Assembly: GCA_964016885.1 (NCBI GenBank)
Contig: OZ024762.1
Coordinates: 4,216,001-4,280,000 of the forward strand
Direction of reading: 5' to 3'
Source: Eledone cirrhosa
Taxonomy: Eukaryota
Length of the DNA stretch: 64,000 nt
The notes beneath the pieces were generated by a model. That model was not told where the DNA came from and did not search any database. It saw nothing but the letters and a program-made list of their open reading frames with translations. Below, in pieces: positions 52,874-63,533 of the stretch. The number at the start of each line of letters is the position of its first letter. Position 1 is the first letter of the stretch. A program made the position numbers and the translations under genes.

Positions 52874-53440
52874 TTATTATTATTATTATTAAAGGCAGAA
52901 TTTGTAGAGCGTCGGACACCCTGCTTCGCGGCATAGAGTCACGGCCCTTTATATTCTGAGTTCAAATCTCGCCGAGGTTAGCTTTGCTTTCATCCCTATG
53001 GGGCCAACAAAAATAAGTACCAGTAACGCACTGGGTCGATTTAATCGACTTTCCCCTCCCCCAAAATTGCTGGCCGTGTGCCTAAAATAGAAACAATTGT
53101 TTCCTTGGATAGGAACCTGGGGTAGGTGATGATTTGTTATCACCTATTTTTCTAGCAGTAGGTGATAACAAATCATCACCTACCCCAGGTTGCTATCCGA
53201 GGAAACAATTGTTTCTATTTTAGGCACAAGGCCAGCAATTTTGGGGGAGGGGAAAGTCGATTAAATCGACCCCAGTGCGTTACTGGTACTTATTTTTGTT
53301 GGCCCCATAGGGATGAAAGCAAAGCTAACCTCGGCGAGATTTGAACTCAGAATATAAAGGGCCGTAACTCTATGCCGCGAAGCAGGGTGTCCGACGCTCT
53401 ACAAATTCTGTCAATCCATTGCCTTTAATAATAATAATAA
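52874..53440. repeat. Near-perfect palindrome with ~270-bp arms and a 12-nt loop (53147-53158)
   Basis: A SINE plus unique flank duplicated in inverted orientation; about 5 small differences and one ~11-nt indel. Confidence 0.92.
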
Positions 53441-54191
53441 TTGTTTCTACATTTTGGCACAAGACCAGCAATTATCACTACATTACTGGTACTTTATTTT
53501 ATCGACCCCCGTAAGGATGAAAGGTAAAATTAACCTCAGCTCTTTCTGTTCAAATCGGTCGTAACCGGCTGCTCATACTGATGTTAAGGTATTATTCTCA
53601 AAATAAATAAGATCAAAATTTCATAGATTCGATATTCGATCGACAAGATTCCAGACCTTATTCGCTTAATGAGTGGGATGGAGCTCGTCAAATCGGACCG
53701 AGGAAACAACGTTTCCATTGGTCTCTCCTGTTGCTAGTACTATCTATCGGTCGCAACTCCAGGTAGAAAGAGCAACGTGAAATAAAGTGTCTTGCTCAAG
53801 GACATAACGCATCGCCCGGCCCGGGAATCGAACTTACAACCTCATGATTGCGAATCCAATTCACAAACCACTCAGCCACGCGATATTATGTGAAAATATA
53901 GTAAATATAGAGTAAGTGTTTCTACTATTGGCACAAGGCCAGCAAAGACACCTTTCTCTTCGGCCAATCCCTCAGCAACTTCTTCAAGTTTCACCTGGAG
54001 AGGACGGTGAGGGTGGAGAGAGAAGTGCAAATCACACCGAGGTTAACTTTGCCTTTAATCCTTACGGAGTCGATAAAATAAAATACAAGTAACACACTGG
54101 GATCGATTTAATCGACTTTCTCCTCCAAAATTGTTGGTCTAGGGCTTAAATCAGAAACAATTGTTAATTTTATTATTTGTTTATTTTACAG

Positions 54192-54304
54192 GTTATGAAG
54201 AAGTGTTTTACCTGGAAGGAATTGTTAATTGGGGAGTGGAAAACGGAATTGGAGTTTATATTCGTGTGCATAGCTATATGGACTGGATAAATAGCATCAT
54301 TTGA
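54192..54304 (+). CDS. Factor C-like exon 12 (protease C-terminus, stop codon)
   Basis: ttttacag acceptor; GYEEVFYLEGIVNWGVENGIGVYIRVHSYMDWINSII then TGA. Confidence 0.92.
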
Positions 54305-54405
54305 GTGAACGATAGAGTAAAAGACGAACAGAGAGGAGAAGGAGGGATAGTTAGGTTCTAAGGAAAATTCCGCGAATAACTGGGACAATGAATGCCGGGG
54401 TTACA

Positions 54406-54473
<68 letters not shown>

Positions 54474-54530
54474 TTACCTAACTATTCCTTACGAATGAAA
54501 CAGTTCTAGTCCTGTAAAAGTCATTTCTAT

Positions 54531-54754
54531 AATAAAATAAAGATACCTATATTTACTAACGTATTGAGTACCTTTTTTTTTTTACTGTGATCTCTTCCCG
54601 ATATATACCGGAAAACTCTCACTTCCTTCCTCATACACACACACTCTCTCTCTCCCTTCCACACACGCAGGCACACACATTCTCTCCCTCCACACACACT
54701 GTGTGTGTGTGAATTTCGTACATCTTAAGATATTCGCTATGTTTAATAAATAAA
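54531..54754 (+). promoter_or_regulatory. Candidate polyadenylation signals of the factor C-like gene
   Basis: AATAAA at 54531 and 54745 downstream of the stop codon; the AT-rich context makes chance matches possible. Confidence 0.4.
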
Positions 54755-56441
54755 CATTTTGAAAGCCTCAGCTAAATTCTGATTATATATATATATATAG
54801 AGAGAGAGAAGTTGTGGAACTACTTCTACCAAACTCGTCCCATGGACTGAGAGCTCTACTACTGCGGACATAACCCAGGTTTTACACAATTTACTATATA
54901 TAGTGACAGTAGATGTTATATTTACTATAGTGACAGTAATGAATTTTTATCTGAAACATTTACCACGCTGCTTCATCACTTCTAACACATTCTCAAATCC
55001 ACTACACTCTATCCATATCTACATTGATGATTTTACGCTTGGATTATCTGATAACCCAATAGTCAAACATTCGCGGCATTAACTCACAGTTTAATCCATG
55101 TGGCTGGGAAGCAGTATGTGCTGTTATGACGGAATACATCCTAGTATGGAAATATAACCTCAAATAATAACTGCTAGGAACCTCACAAATTTAACGCACC
55201 GAAACATACGAGAAGTGTGAGAGAAATAAATGGAAACATAAAACAAAACAAAACAAAACCGACCACCAATTCACTGCCAATTAATTTGTGACAGTAATTT
55301 CTGTTGTAAAATCTTCACCATTAATGTTAGTATGGTATTGATGTGTTAATGTTAGTATGGTATTGGTGTATTATTTTACCAAGCTACATTTACGTAGACA
55401 TTTTGTGGGGTTTTACTCTCAAGAAATCCAAATATTGAACAACATTAATTTAGTAACAAAAATGTATCTTCTTTATATTAATGCTATGCATTAAATAATA
55501 AATAATAACACATTTTTAAACCAAGAAGACTTACCTGGTAGTGAATTCTGTGTTGGTAATTAAGGTAAAACCGAAACGACATCTTTGTCTATAGTATATC
55601 CGATGTGTGACTGTTAGCAAATCAATATGATCACGTGGTTTCGAGAATTATAGATCAGAGCGGAATATTTGTTAATCATACCGTTAATTTGTTAATCACA
55701 CTGTTCGATCATAATGTAAAACCTTCATGAAATTAACCGAAGAGGTATATCAAATATTTGGCTCATCAGCGGGTGAAGAATTAGAATCCTGATCACTTCT
55801 AAATAAAATAAAGAACTGGATAGTGTGTGTATATGTAACGCACATGGTTTCCAAAATAGCAGCCGAGTGTACACGACTATTGAAATAGCTCTACGAATTA
55901 ACGGAGCCGAATATATCAAAAGCATGTATTGAGTTAGAAACTCAAAATAGTCTCATTACTTTAAAATTAGCTCTAGGAAAAAGGTTTTTCCGAGCCGTAT
56001 AGTATAAACCTCTTCACAAATAATATTGCGAAACGGTTCCATCCAAAACCCTCTGGGTGAATGGTAGTTACCACAATACTGGTTTGTATTTATTTTTCTT
56101 GATTTATTCTTAAATTGAGTCTAGCAAACCCTATTGTCTGTAGTTAGTATTTTTTTCACCTTAGCGTTTCTGGTCCATTACGATTTGAACGCATACATGC
56201 ATATGTCTGTGTTCGTTTTTCTTTTTTCTTTTTTCTTTTTTCTTTTTTCTTTTTTCTTTTTTCTTTTTTCTTTTTTCTTTTTTCTTTTTTCTTTTTTCTT
56301 TTTCCTTTTTCCTTTTTCCTTTTTTGTTCAGTTATACTATATATATATATATATATATGTATATTTGTCTTTCTCTTAATTTCGAGTACATTTTTGACCG
56401 GCCATCTTCCTGGTGGCAAGGTTATAAAAGAAAGGAAATTG

Positions 56442-56870
56442 TCATCTGTCGAATCGCAATAATGTTTTGCAAATTTTGAAGGTGCCAGCTATCTCAGCCA
56501 TTTGTAGTCTATGAATTAGAGAGCTGCGCTCATTGTCCTCAAATCCAAGTTCAGTTGTAATTTGGCACAAGCGGGTTGGTATATAACCTGTAGCTCCAAT
56601 AATGATGGGTATGAAGCTGAAGGTGTATCTTGGATACTGCAAACTCCTCATCAAGGGTTCGTAGATGTCCTCCTTCTCTCGTATTTTTCGTACAACGTTG
56701 ACATTAAGTGGGCAGCTGATCTCTACAACAGAACACGTTATCAATGTGTGGTCCCAAACAACAATATCGGCCGGCTGTGCTTTAATTTGGTGGCAGTTTT
56801 TTTTTTTTTTTTCAGCTTCCACCAGTATTCCTTAGCGCCATCTATCTCAACATATTGCCCCTCATTTGTT
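56442..56870 (-). mobile_element. RLE-type non-LTR retrotransposon endonuclease fragment (second, diverged copy)
   Basis: DIVVWDHTLITCSVVEISCPLNVNVVRKIREKEDIYEPLMRSLQYPRYTFSFIPIIIGATGY aligns by eye with the 5774-6031 ORF. Confidence 0.8.
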
Positions 56871-56907
56871 TTTAATTTTGTTTTCCTAAGTGCGTTCCAG
56901 ATGTATG

Positions 56908-56963
<56 letters not shown>

Positions 56964-57027
56964 CAGGATTTAACTAGTTTTAAACTAGTGAAAGCATTAT
57001 TTGACAGAATGCTCGATGCTTGGGATA

Positions 57028-57124
57028 GGGACCCGACGGCTGAGCTCTTACCGTTTCAATAGCTAATTCCTGACACATTCAGGATTTAGCTGTCGAAACG
57101 GCAAGAGCTCAGCCGTTGGGCCCC
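57028..57124. repeat. ~46-bp-arm hairpin with a 5-nt loop
   Basis: CCCGACGGCTGAGCTCTTACCGTTTCAATAGCTAATTCCTGA cacat TCAGGATTTAGCTGTCGAAACGGCAAGAGCTCAGCCGTTGGG. Confidence 0.8.
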
Positions 57125-57147
57125 GACTCTTTCTGATATAATACATG

Positions 57148-57178
<31 letters not shown>

Positions 57179-57388
57179 GATTGTGTGTATGTATGTATGT
57201 ATGTATGTATGTGTGCATGTATGTCCGTGCTTACATTCACGTTTGTGTATGTATCCCGCAACTTAGCGGTTCGGCGAAAAGAGTTCGATGGAGAACGTAC
57301 CAGACATGAAAAAAAAAATAATAAAAAATAAAAACAAAGATAGAAAAAAAGTAAGCGGGATTGATGCTAAAACTCCTTCAAAGTGGTG

Positions 57389-58842
57389 AGTGCTCCAGTA
57401 TGGTGGTAGTCTAATGACGGAACACCAGTCAAAGTGCTCCAGTATGGTGGTAGTCTAATGACGGAACACCAGTCAAAGTGCTCCAGTATGGTGGTAGTCT
57501 AATGACGGAACACCAGTCAAAGTGCTCCAGTATGGCGGTAGTCTAATGACGGAACACCAGTCAAAGTGCTCCAGTATGGCGGTAGTCTAATGACGGAACA
57601 CCAGTCAAAGTGCTCCAGTATGGCGGTAGTCTAATGACGGAACACCAGTCAAAGTGCTCCAGTATGGCGGTAGTCTAATGACGGAACACCAGTCAAAGTG
57701 CTCCAGTATGGTGGTAGTCTAATGACGGAACACCAGTCAAAGTGCTCCAGTATGGCGGTAGTCTAATGACGGAACACCAGTCAAAGTGCTCCAGTATGGT
57801 GGTAGTCTAATGACGGAACACCAGTCAAAGTGCTCCAGTATGGCGGTAGTCTAATGACGGAACACCAGTCAAAGTGCTCCAGTATGGTGGTAGTCTAATG
57901 ACGGAACACCAGTCAAAGTGCTCCAGTATGGCGGTAGTCTAATGACGGAACACCGGTCAAAGTGCTCCAGTATGGCGGTAGTCTAATGACGGAACACCAG
58001 TCAAAGTGCTCCAGTATGGCGGTAGTCTAATGACGGAACACCAGTCAAAGTGCTCCAGTATGGTGGTAGTCTAATGACGGAACACCGGTCAAAGTGCTCC
58101 AGTATGGCGGTAGTCTAATGACGGAACACCAGTCAAAGTGCTCCAGTATGGTGGTAGTCTAATGACGGAACACCGGTCAAAGTGCTCCAGTATGGCGGTA
58201 GTCTAATGACGGAACACCAGTCAAAGTGCTCCAGTATGGCGGCAGTCTAATGACGGAACACCAGTCAAAGTGCTCCAGTATGGCGGTAGTCTAATGACGG
58301 AACACCAGTCAAAGTGCTCCAGTATGGCGGTAGTCTAATGACGGAACACCAGTCAAAGTGCTCCAGTATGGCGGCAGTCTAATGACGGAACACCAGTCAA
58401 AGTGCTCCAGTATGGCGGTAGTCTAATGACGGAACACCAGTCAAAGTGCTCCAGTATGGCGGCAGTCTAATGACGGAACACCAGTCAAAGTGCTCCAGTA
58501 TGGCGGCAGTCTAATGACGGAACACCAGTCAAAGTGCTCCAGTATGGCGGTAGTCTAATGACGGAACACCGGTCAAAGTGCTCCAGTATGGCGGTAGTCT
58601 AATGACGGAACACCAGTCAAAGTGCTCCAGTATGGCGGTAGTCTAATGACGGAACACCAGTCAAAGTGCTCCAGTATGGCGGTAGTCTAATGACGGAACA
58701 CCGGTCAAAGTGCTCCAGTATGGCGGTAGTCTAATGACGGAACACCAGTCAAAGTGCTCCAGTATGGCGGTAGTCTAATGACGGAACACCAGTCAAAGTG
58801 CTCCAGTATGGCGGTAGTCTAATGACGGAACACCAGTCAAAG
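57389..58842 (+). repeat. 44-bp minisatellite from a SINE 3' segment (~33 copies)
   Basis: Unit GTGCTCCAGTATGGCGGTAGTCTAATGACGGAACACCAGTCAAA, preceded by SINE-like body at 57255-57390. Confidence 0.93.
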
Positions 58843-59418
58843 AATACAAGAAAGAATTTTGTTACAGTTTTTTTTAAACCTGAGAAATTTATAGAAACTG
58901 CTATGGTGTAATATATAATTATAATATGGCGGATGTGAGGAGATATAACAAATGTGAGGGTGGGGTGACGGGTCGGGGTGGTGTGGGGTGACGGGCTGGT
59001 TGGTAGGGGTGGGGTGAGGTTGTTTGATGGGGGTGGGGTGACAGGGTGTAAGTGGAGGTGGATCGGTTTTTATGATTAATTTTAGTTTTGGTGCAAGGCC
59101 AGCAATTTTGAAGTGATGGAGGAAAAGTCGATTATTGCATCAACCCCAGTGTGTTACTGGTACTTTATTTTATAGACCCACGTAAGGATGAAAGGCAAAG
59201 CTAGCCTCGACGGGATTTGAATTCAGAACGTAAAGAGCCGTAACTCTATGCTGTAAAGCATGTTGTCCGACGCCCTACTGGTACTGCCAAACCACCGCCC
59301 TCGTGGGTTTTAATAATGGAATGGATTAGAAAGAAAATTTGGCGGGTGGTGGGGGGAAAGGTAGGGTATTAGAACAAATGTCACATCTTCTCTCTGCGGA
59401 CATTAGCAAGTCTAGTAA

Positions 59419-59669
59419 CTATAGTGGAACAGTTTTCTCGTGTGTTTTAGTTAAGTCCAACTTTTTCTGTTTCCGGATGTATATACATAATACAGCGATT
59501 GTCGCCAGAACTGCCGCGAAACGTCCGAACAGCATAGGAAAGAATAAGACCCGTCGTAAGCTATCCAGATCATAGAGTTTACAAGCTCCACGTGTACCGC
59601 ACTTCATGTCCCACAAGATACAGACAGAGTCAATAAGACGTCCGAATATAACTGGTGCTGGAAGGAAGG
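59419..59669 (-). CDS. SLCO: OATP/SLCO last exon (TM11-TM12, C-terminal tail)
   Basis: AFLPAPVIFGRLIDSVCILWDMKCGTRGACKLYD matches the OATP motif P.P..FG..ID..C..W...CG..G.C..Y; ends in TAG at 59419. Confidence 0.92.
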
Positions 59670-59707
59670 CTGTGAGAAAGAGAAAACACAGAGAGGCATA
59701 AGACCGT

Positions 59708-59756
<49 letters not shown>

Positions 59757-59847
59757 GTATGTAAAAGTTCTATTTAAATTGTTGGGATACAACAAGCAAA
59801 TATTTTTATAACTGATATAAAGCACTCAACAAATAATTGGAGTAAAA

Positions 59848-60133
59848 ATACGATATTAACAAATGGAAACTATATTTATAAAACCATATTTATTTCATTA
59901 TACATATTTCAAGGACACCAAGTCAAATTATGGTGTGCTTTCATCAGATTCCGGGAGCTTCCAACAGTAATGGTTGCATTCTTTAAGGGTATGTCAATAT
60001 TTATTTATAAAACTGCTCTATATTATATTTTATCTGATGAAAGCACACCATAATTTAACTTGGTGTCCTTGAAATATGTATAATGAAATAAATATGGTTT
60101 TAGAAATATAGTTTCCATTTGTTAATATCGTAT
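59848..60133. mobile_element. Inverted repeat (arms 59848-59949 and 60032-60133) carrying hammerhead cores; probable Penelope-like inverted pLTR pair
   Basis: ~102-bp arms with 2 mismatches and an 82-bp spacer; the inner end of each arm is AT-CTGATGA. Confidence 0.75.
60026..60090 (+). ncRNA. Minimal type I hammerhead ribozyme (intact core) in the right arm of an inverted repeat
   Basis: TATTTTAT-CTGATGA-AAGCACACCA taatttaact TGGTGTCCTT-GAAA-TATGTA-TA^ATGAAATA: 8-bp stem I with one G.U, 9 of 10 bp in stem II. Confidence 0.8.
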
Positions 60134-60175
60134 ATATGTGTGTGTGTGTGTGTGTGTGTGCGTGTGCGCGTGTGC

Positions 60176-60232
<57 letters not shown>

Positions 60233-60669
60233 AAAAAAAATTTCTTCCTCATAATCGTCTCTTTCTCCCTGTTTTCATATATAAATATTTATTAAAATAA
60301 CAGATTAAAGTTTAAGCAAAGAATCGCTGCTTTCCCCCTTAACGGGATCTCCTTGTATTGGTGTTACTCCCTCTCATATATTCATTTGTATATATATATA
60401 TATGTATATATATAATGGATGGTACTCATTTTCAGCTGAGTATACTGGAGCAACTGTATAATGAGCAATTGTGAAATGAAATGTTTTCCTCAAGAACACA
60501 ACACGCAACCCAACCCAGCCCAGGAATCGAACCCACGACCCTCCACCATCTCCAAGAAGGCATCACTTTAAGAAAGTAATAAACTATTGGTTTAAACTGA
60601 GAATCGAAACTCTTTTCTAAACTAGTTTAGTCCTGTAATGAGTTGTTCAACATTCTAGTCTAAAGTCTG

Positions 60670-60990
60670 TCTTGAGTCCCGGGGGCTCACCAGTCCCGGG
60701 GGTTCACCAGGCCGGTGCTTGAGTCCCGGGGGCTCACCTGGTCGGTGCTTGAGTCCCGGGGGCTCACCAGGCCGGTGCTTGAGTCCCGGGGGCTCACCTG
60801 GCCGGTGCTTGAGTCCCGGGGGCTCACCTGGCCGGTGCTTGAGTCCCGGGGGCTCACCTGGCCGGTGCTTGAGTCCCGGGGGCTCACCTGGCCGGTGCTT
60901 GAGTCGCGGGGGATCACCAGGCCGGTGCTTGAGTCTCGGGGGCTCACCTGGCCGGTGCTTGAGTCCCGGGGGCTGATCAGGCCGGTGCTT
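60670..60990. repeat. 30-bp GC-rich minisatellite inside a SINE 3' end (~11 copies)
   Basis: Unit GAGTCCCGGGGGCTCACCTGGCCGGTGCTT; flanks match the single-copy version at 14890-14975. Confidence 0.92.
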
Positions 60991-61276
60991 ATCTCGGTTT
61001 CCAAGACGTTAAGCGACTAAGAGTACATGAACACACACACACAGGGACAGGACGCCAGTTCATCACAGGGTTAAACCCCAAGCTATTGCTGGTACTCATT
61101 TTCAGCGCTGAGTATACTGGAACAACGTGAAATGAAGTGTTTTGCTCAAGAACACAACACACAACCCAGCCCAGGAATCGAACTCACGGCATTATGGTCG
61201 TACGTCCGACACCCTTACCACTAGGCCACGCGCCTCCATTGTTCAACATTACCAGAGAGAATATAACAGAACTTAC

Positions 61277-61341
61277 CTCCGGCAGATAAAAACATGGAGT
61301 AGAAGCCTATACCAAGGGCCTTATCTTTTTCTGTTGGTGAT
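61277..61341 (-). CDS. SLCO: OATP/SLCO penultimate exon (TM11)
   Basis: ttttttcag acceptor; RSPTEKDKALGIGFYSMFLSAG; G|gtaagt donor; 65 nt, phases 2 and 1 fit both neighbours. Confidence 0.88.
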
Positions 61342-61386
61342 CTGAAAAAACCAATCGATAAAATATATTGAGATTATTACTACATA

Positions 61387-61683
61387 CAGTGGAACCTCGG
61401 TTTACGGAATTAGTTCGGCCCTGAAAATCGTTCGTCATCCGAAATGTTCGTAAACAGAAACTATTTTCATCCGTACGAAATGTAGAGAGAGAGAGAGAGT
61501 GAGAGACTGTGTGTGAAAGACAGATGAATATCACCATAGTAACTAACTACACATCAAGTGACACTTTCTCACCGATACTCCCAGCCTATTGCCAACCGTT
61601 GTTGCCAGCTTGCGTGTTCGTTACTCAAGATACCATTCGTGATGCGATGTGTTGAGAGGCGTTCGTGAAGCCAAGTTCCACTA
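61387..61683. mobile_element. Tc1/mariner-pogo type MITE
   Basis: TA|CAGTGGAACCTCGGTTTACG ... CGTGAAGCCAAGTTCCACTA|TA: imperfect TIRs with TA target duplication. Confidence 0.65.
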
Positions 61684-61802
61684 TAGTTATGAGATCAAAT
61701 CCTACAAGAATCGACCTAATGTTTCATCGATCTGGGGGTTGATGAATAAATAAGAGTCGATTAACTCGACAAGAACCTGGCCCTCAAAATGTGTGGCCTT
61801 AA

Positions 61803-62022
61803 CCCTTTAGCATTCACATTACTCTATATATACTATTATATTTTCATGGTACAGGCTTTACCTCGCATAATTATCTCACATAATATCGAATCTATGAGAT
61901 TTTGAAAGTATTTATTTTGAGAACAATACCCTAACATCATTTTGAGCGACCAGTTACGGCCAGTTTCAACAGAAAGAGGTAGAGAATTCTGGCCGGTTTT
62001 GGCTGGTTTGAACACGAAAGGG
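61803..62022. mobile_element. piggyBac-like MITE
   Basis: TTAA|CCCTTTAGCATTCA ... TGAACACGAAAGGG|TTAA, inserted in a SINE remnant. Confidence 0.65.
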
Positions 62023-62262
62023 TTAAGCCAAAGTTAAAAACAATATTGTTAACAAGGTGGCAGGCCAAACTAAATATTTTGCAGTCATCTCCCCTTGGTC
62101 TCTGAGTTTCAATCGCTAAAAATAAACAGTAATAAACGTTTCAACGATTGACACAAGGATAGCAATATGGAGAGAGGGGAAAGTCGATTAAATCGATCCG
62201 GGTACATTACTGGTACTTTATTTTATCGGCCCCACAAAGAGCCATAAGTATATGCTATAAAG

Positions 62263-62479
62263 CAGGCATGTGAAACTGAGGATCTCCCGAGGGCCACATG
62301 GGTGACATGTGTTGTCTGAGGGTCACACATGACAACTAATTGCGCACATTACAACACATTTTTTAAATTTTATATTACGAAGATAAAACATGCTCGCGCT
62401 GTAAAACCCTTTGTTCGGGCCGCAGGTGTGATTGTAAGGGGTCGCATGCGCCCCGCGAGCCGCATGTGTATTATGCCTG
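62263..62479. mobile_element. hAT-type MITE nested in a SINE
   Basis: CAGGCAT..ATGCCTG termini with 8-bp TSD ctataaag/ctacaaag; SINE sequence resumes on both sides. Confidence 0.7.
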
Positions 62480-63378
62480 CTACAAAGCATTATGTTCGAC
62501 GCTCTACCGATTCTGCCAATCCATCGCCCTTACAAACACCAGTAATAATTGTTTCTACTTTTAGCACAAGGCCAGAAATTACCTCAGTACATTACTGGTA
62601 CTTTATTTTATCGACCCCCGTAAGGATGAAAGGCAAAGTTAACCTCGGCGGGATTTGAACTCAGACTGTAAAGGGACGTAACTATACTGCCTCCACCGGC
62701 TTCGATGATGAACCTTTAATTGTTCTATTAATTCAAAGGCTCTCAAAATGGGTGCTTCCTCACCCAGGGGCTTTGAGAAGGTCCAGAGGGTGCTGGGACC
62801 TAAGGGAGCAGTAGAGATGAGATAATAATATATCAAATATCAAATGATATATATATAAATATAGTAAAATAAAAATATATATAATATTTATTTATACCTA
62901 GCATATATTATATTATTTATTATGTATAGATTAAGGATTTTATTTATTATATATTATTTACGATTTGCGTGTAGACAGGTCTCTCTGTAAATAGGGTTGG
63001 GGGAACTGAGGGTTTTATGTGGCCGTGAGGGGTGACCTAAAAAGTTTGAGAACTTCCTGTTTTAACTGAACGTTCGACTTTCTTATAAACACTAAATACA
63101 TCGCTAAACATCATTACCACATAGCAATGTTGGGGTGATATCCGGTGGTGAGTGTGGACTGTGTAGTGAAAAATGCAGGTGTAGTCATTTTGTTAGTGTA
63201 GTCAGAGCAAGCAGTGTCAAGAATTAGGTTGGTTAGCTTACCAAACAGTACATTGAAATTACTTTATTTGGAAAACTGTAGGGGGGGTGGCGGGTTTAAG
63301 GGTTTTAACTTGTAGAAGGCTGAGTGAGGCGCTAAACACACCATCATTTGTCTTGTTGACACTGAAATAGGTACTCAC

Positions 63379-63533
63379 CTTATAATGAGAAGATAAGTGG
63401 CCGGTATACTACCCATGCCAATAAAGTTAATGATAGAAAGCAATCCTATAAATATATTTTTGTCTTGGCATTCGACTGGACATAAGCCTGCAGTGGCCGT
63501 CAGCCCTGGAATTCCATTGCAGTTGGTAAAATT
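63379..63533 (-). CDS. SLCO: OATP/SLCO organic anion transporter, third-last exon (end of Cys-rich extracellular loop, TM10)
   Basis: tttccag acceptor; NFTNCNGIPGLTATAGLCPVECQDKNIFIGLLSIINFIGMGSIPATYLLIIR; AG|gtgagt donor; the rest of the gene lies beyond the window end. Confidence 0.88.

Noticed and set aside
52950-52990. tRNA genes at the B-box motifs
   Set aside because: No cloverleaf; the motifs are heads of multi-copy SINEs.
57389-58842. CRISPR-like appearance of the 44-bp, 45-bp and 28-bp arrays
   Set aside because: Units are head-to-tail with no unique spacers, there are no cas genes, and the context is eukaryotic.
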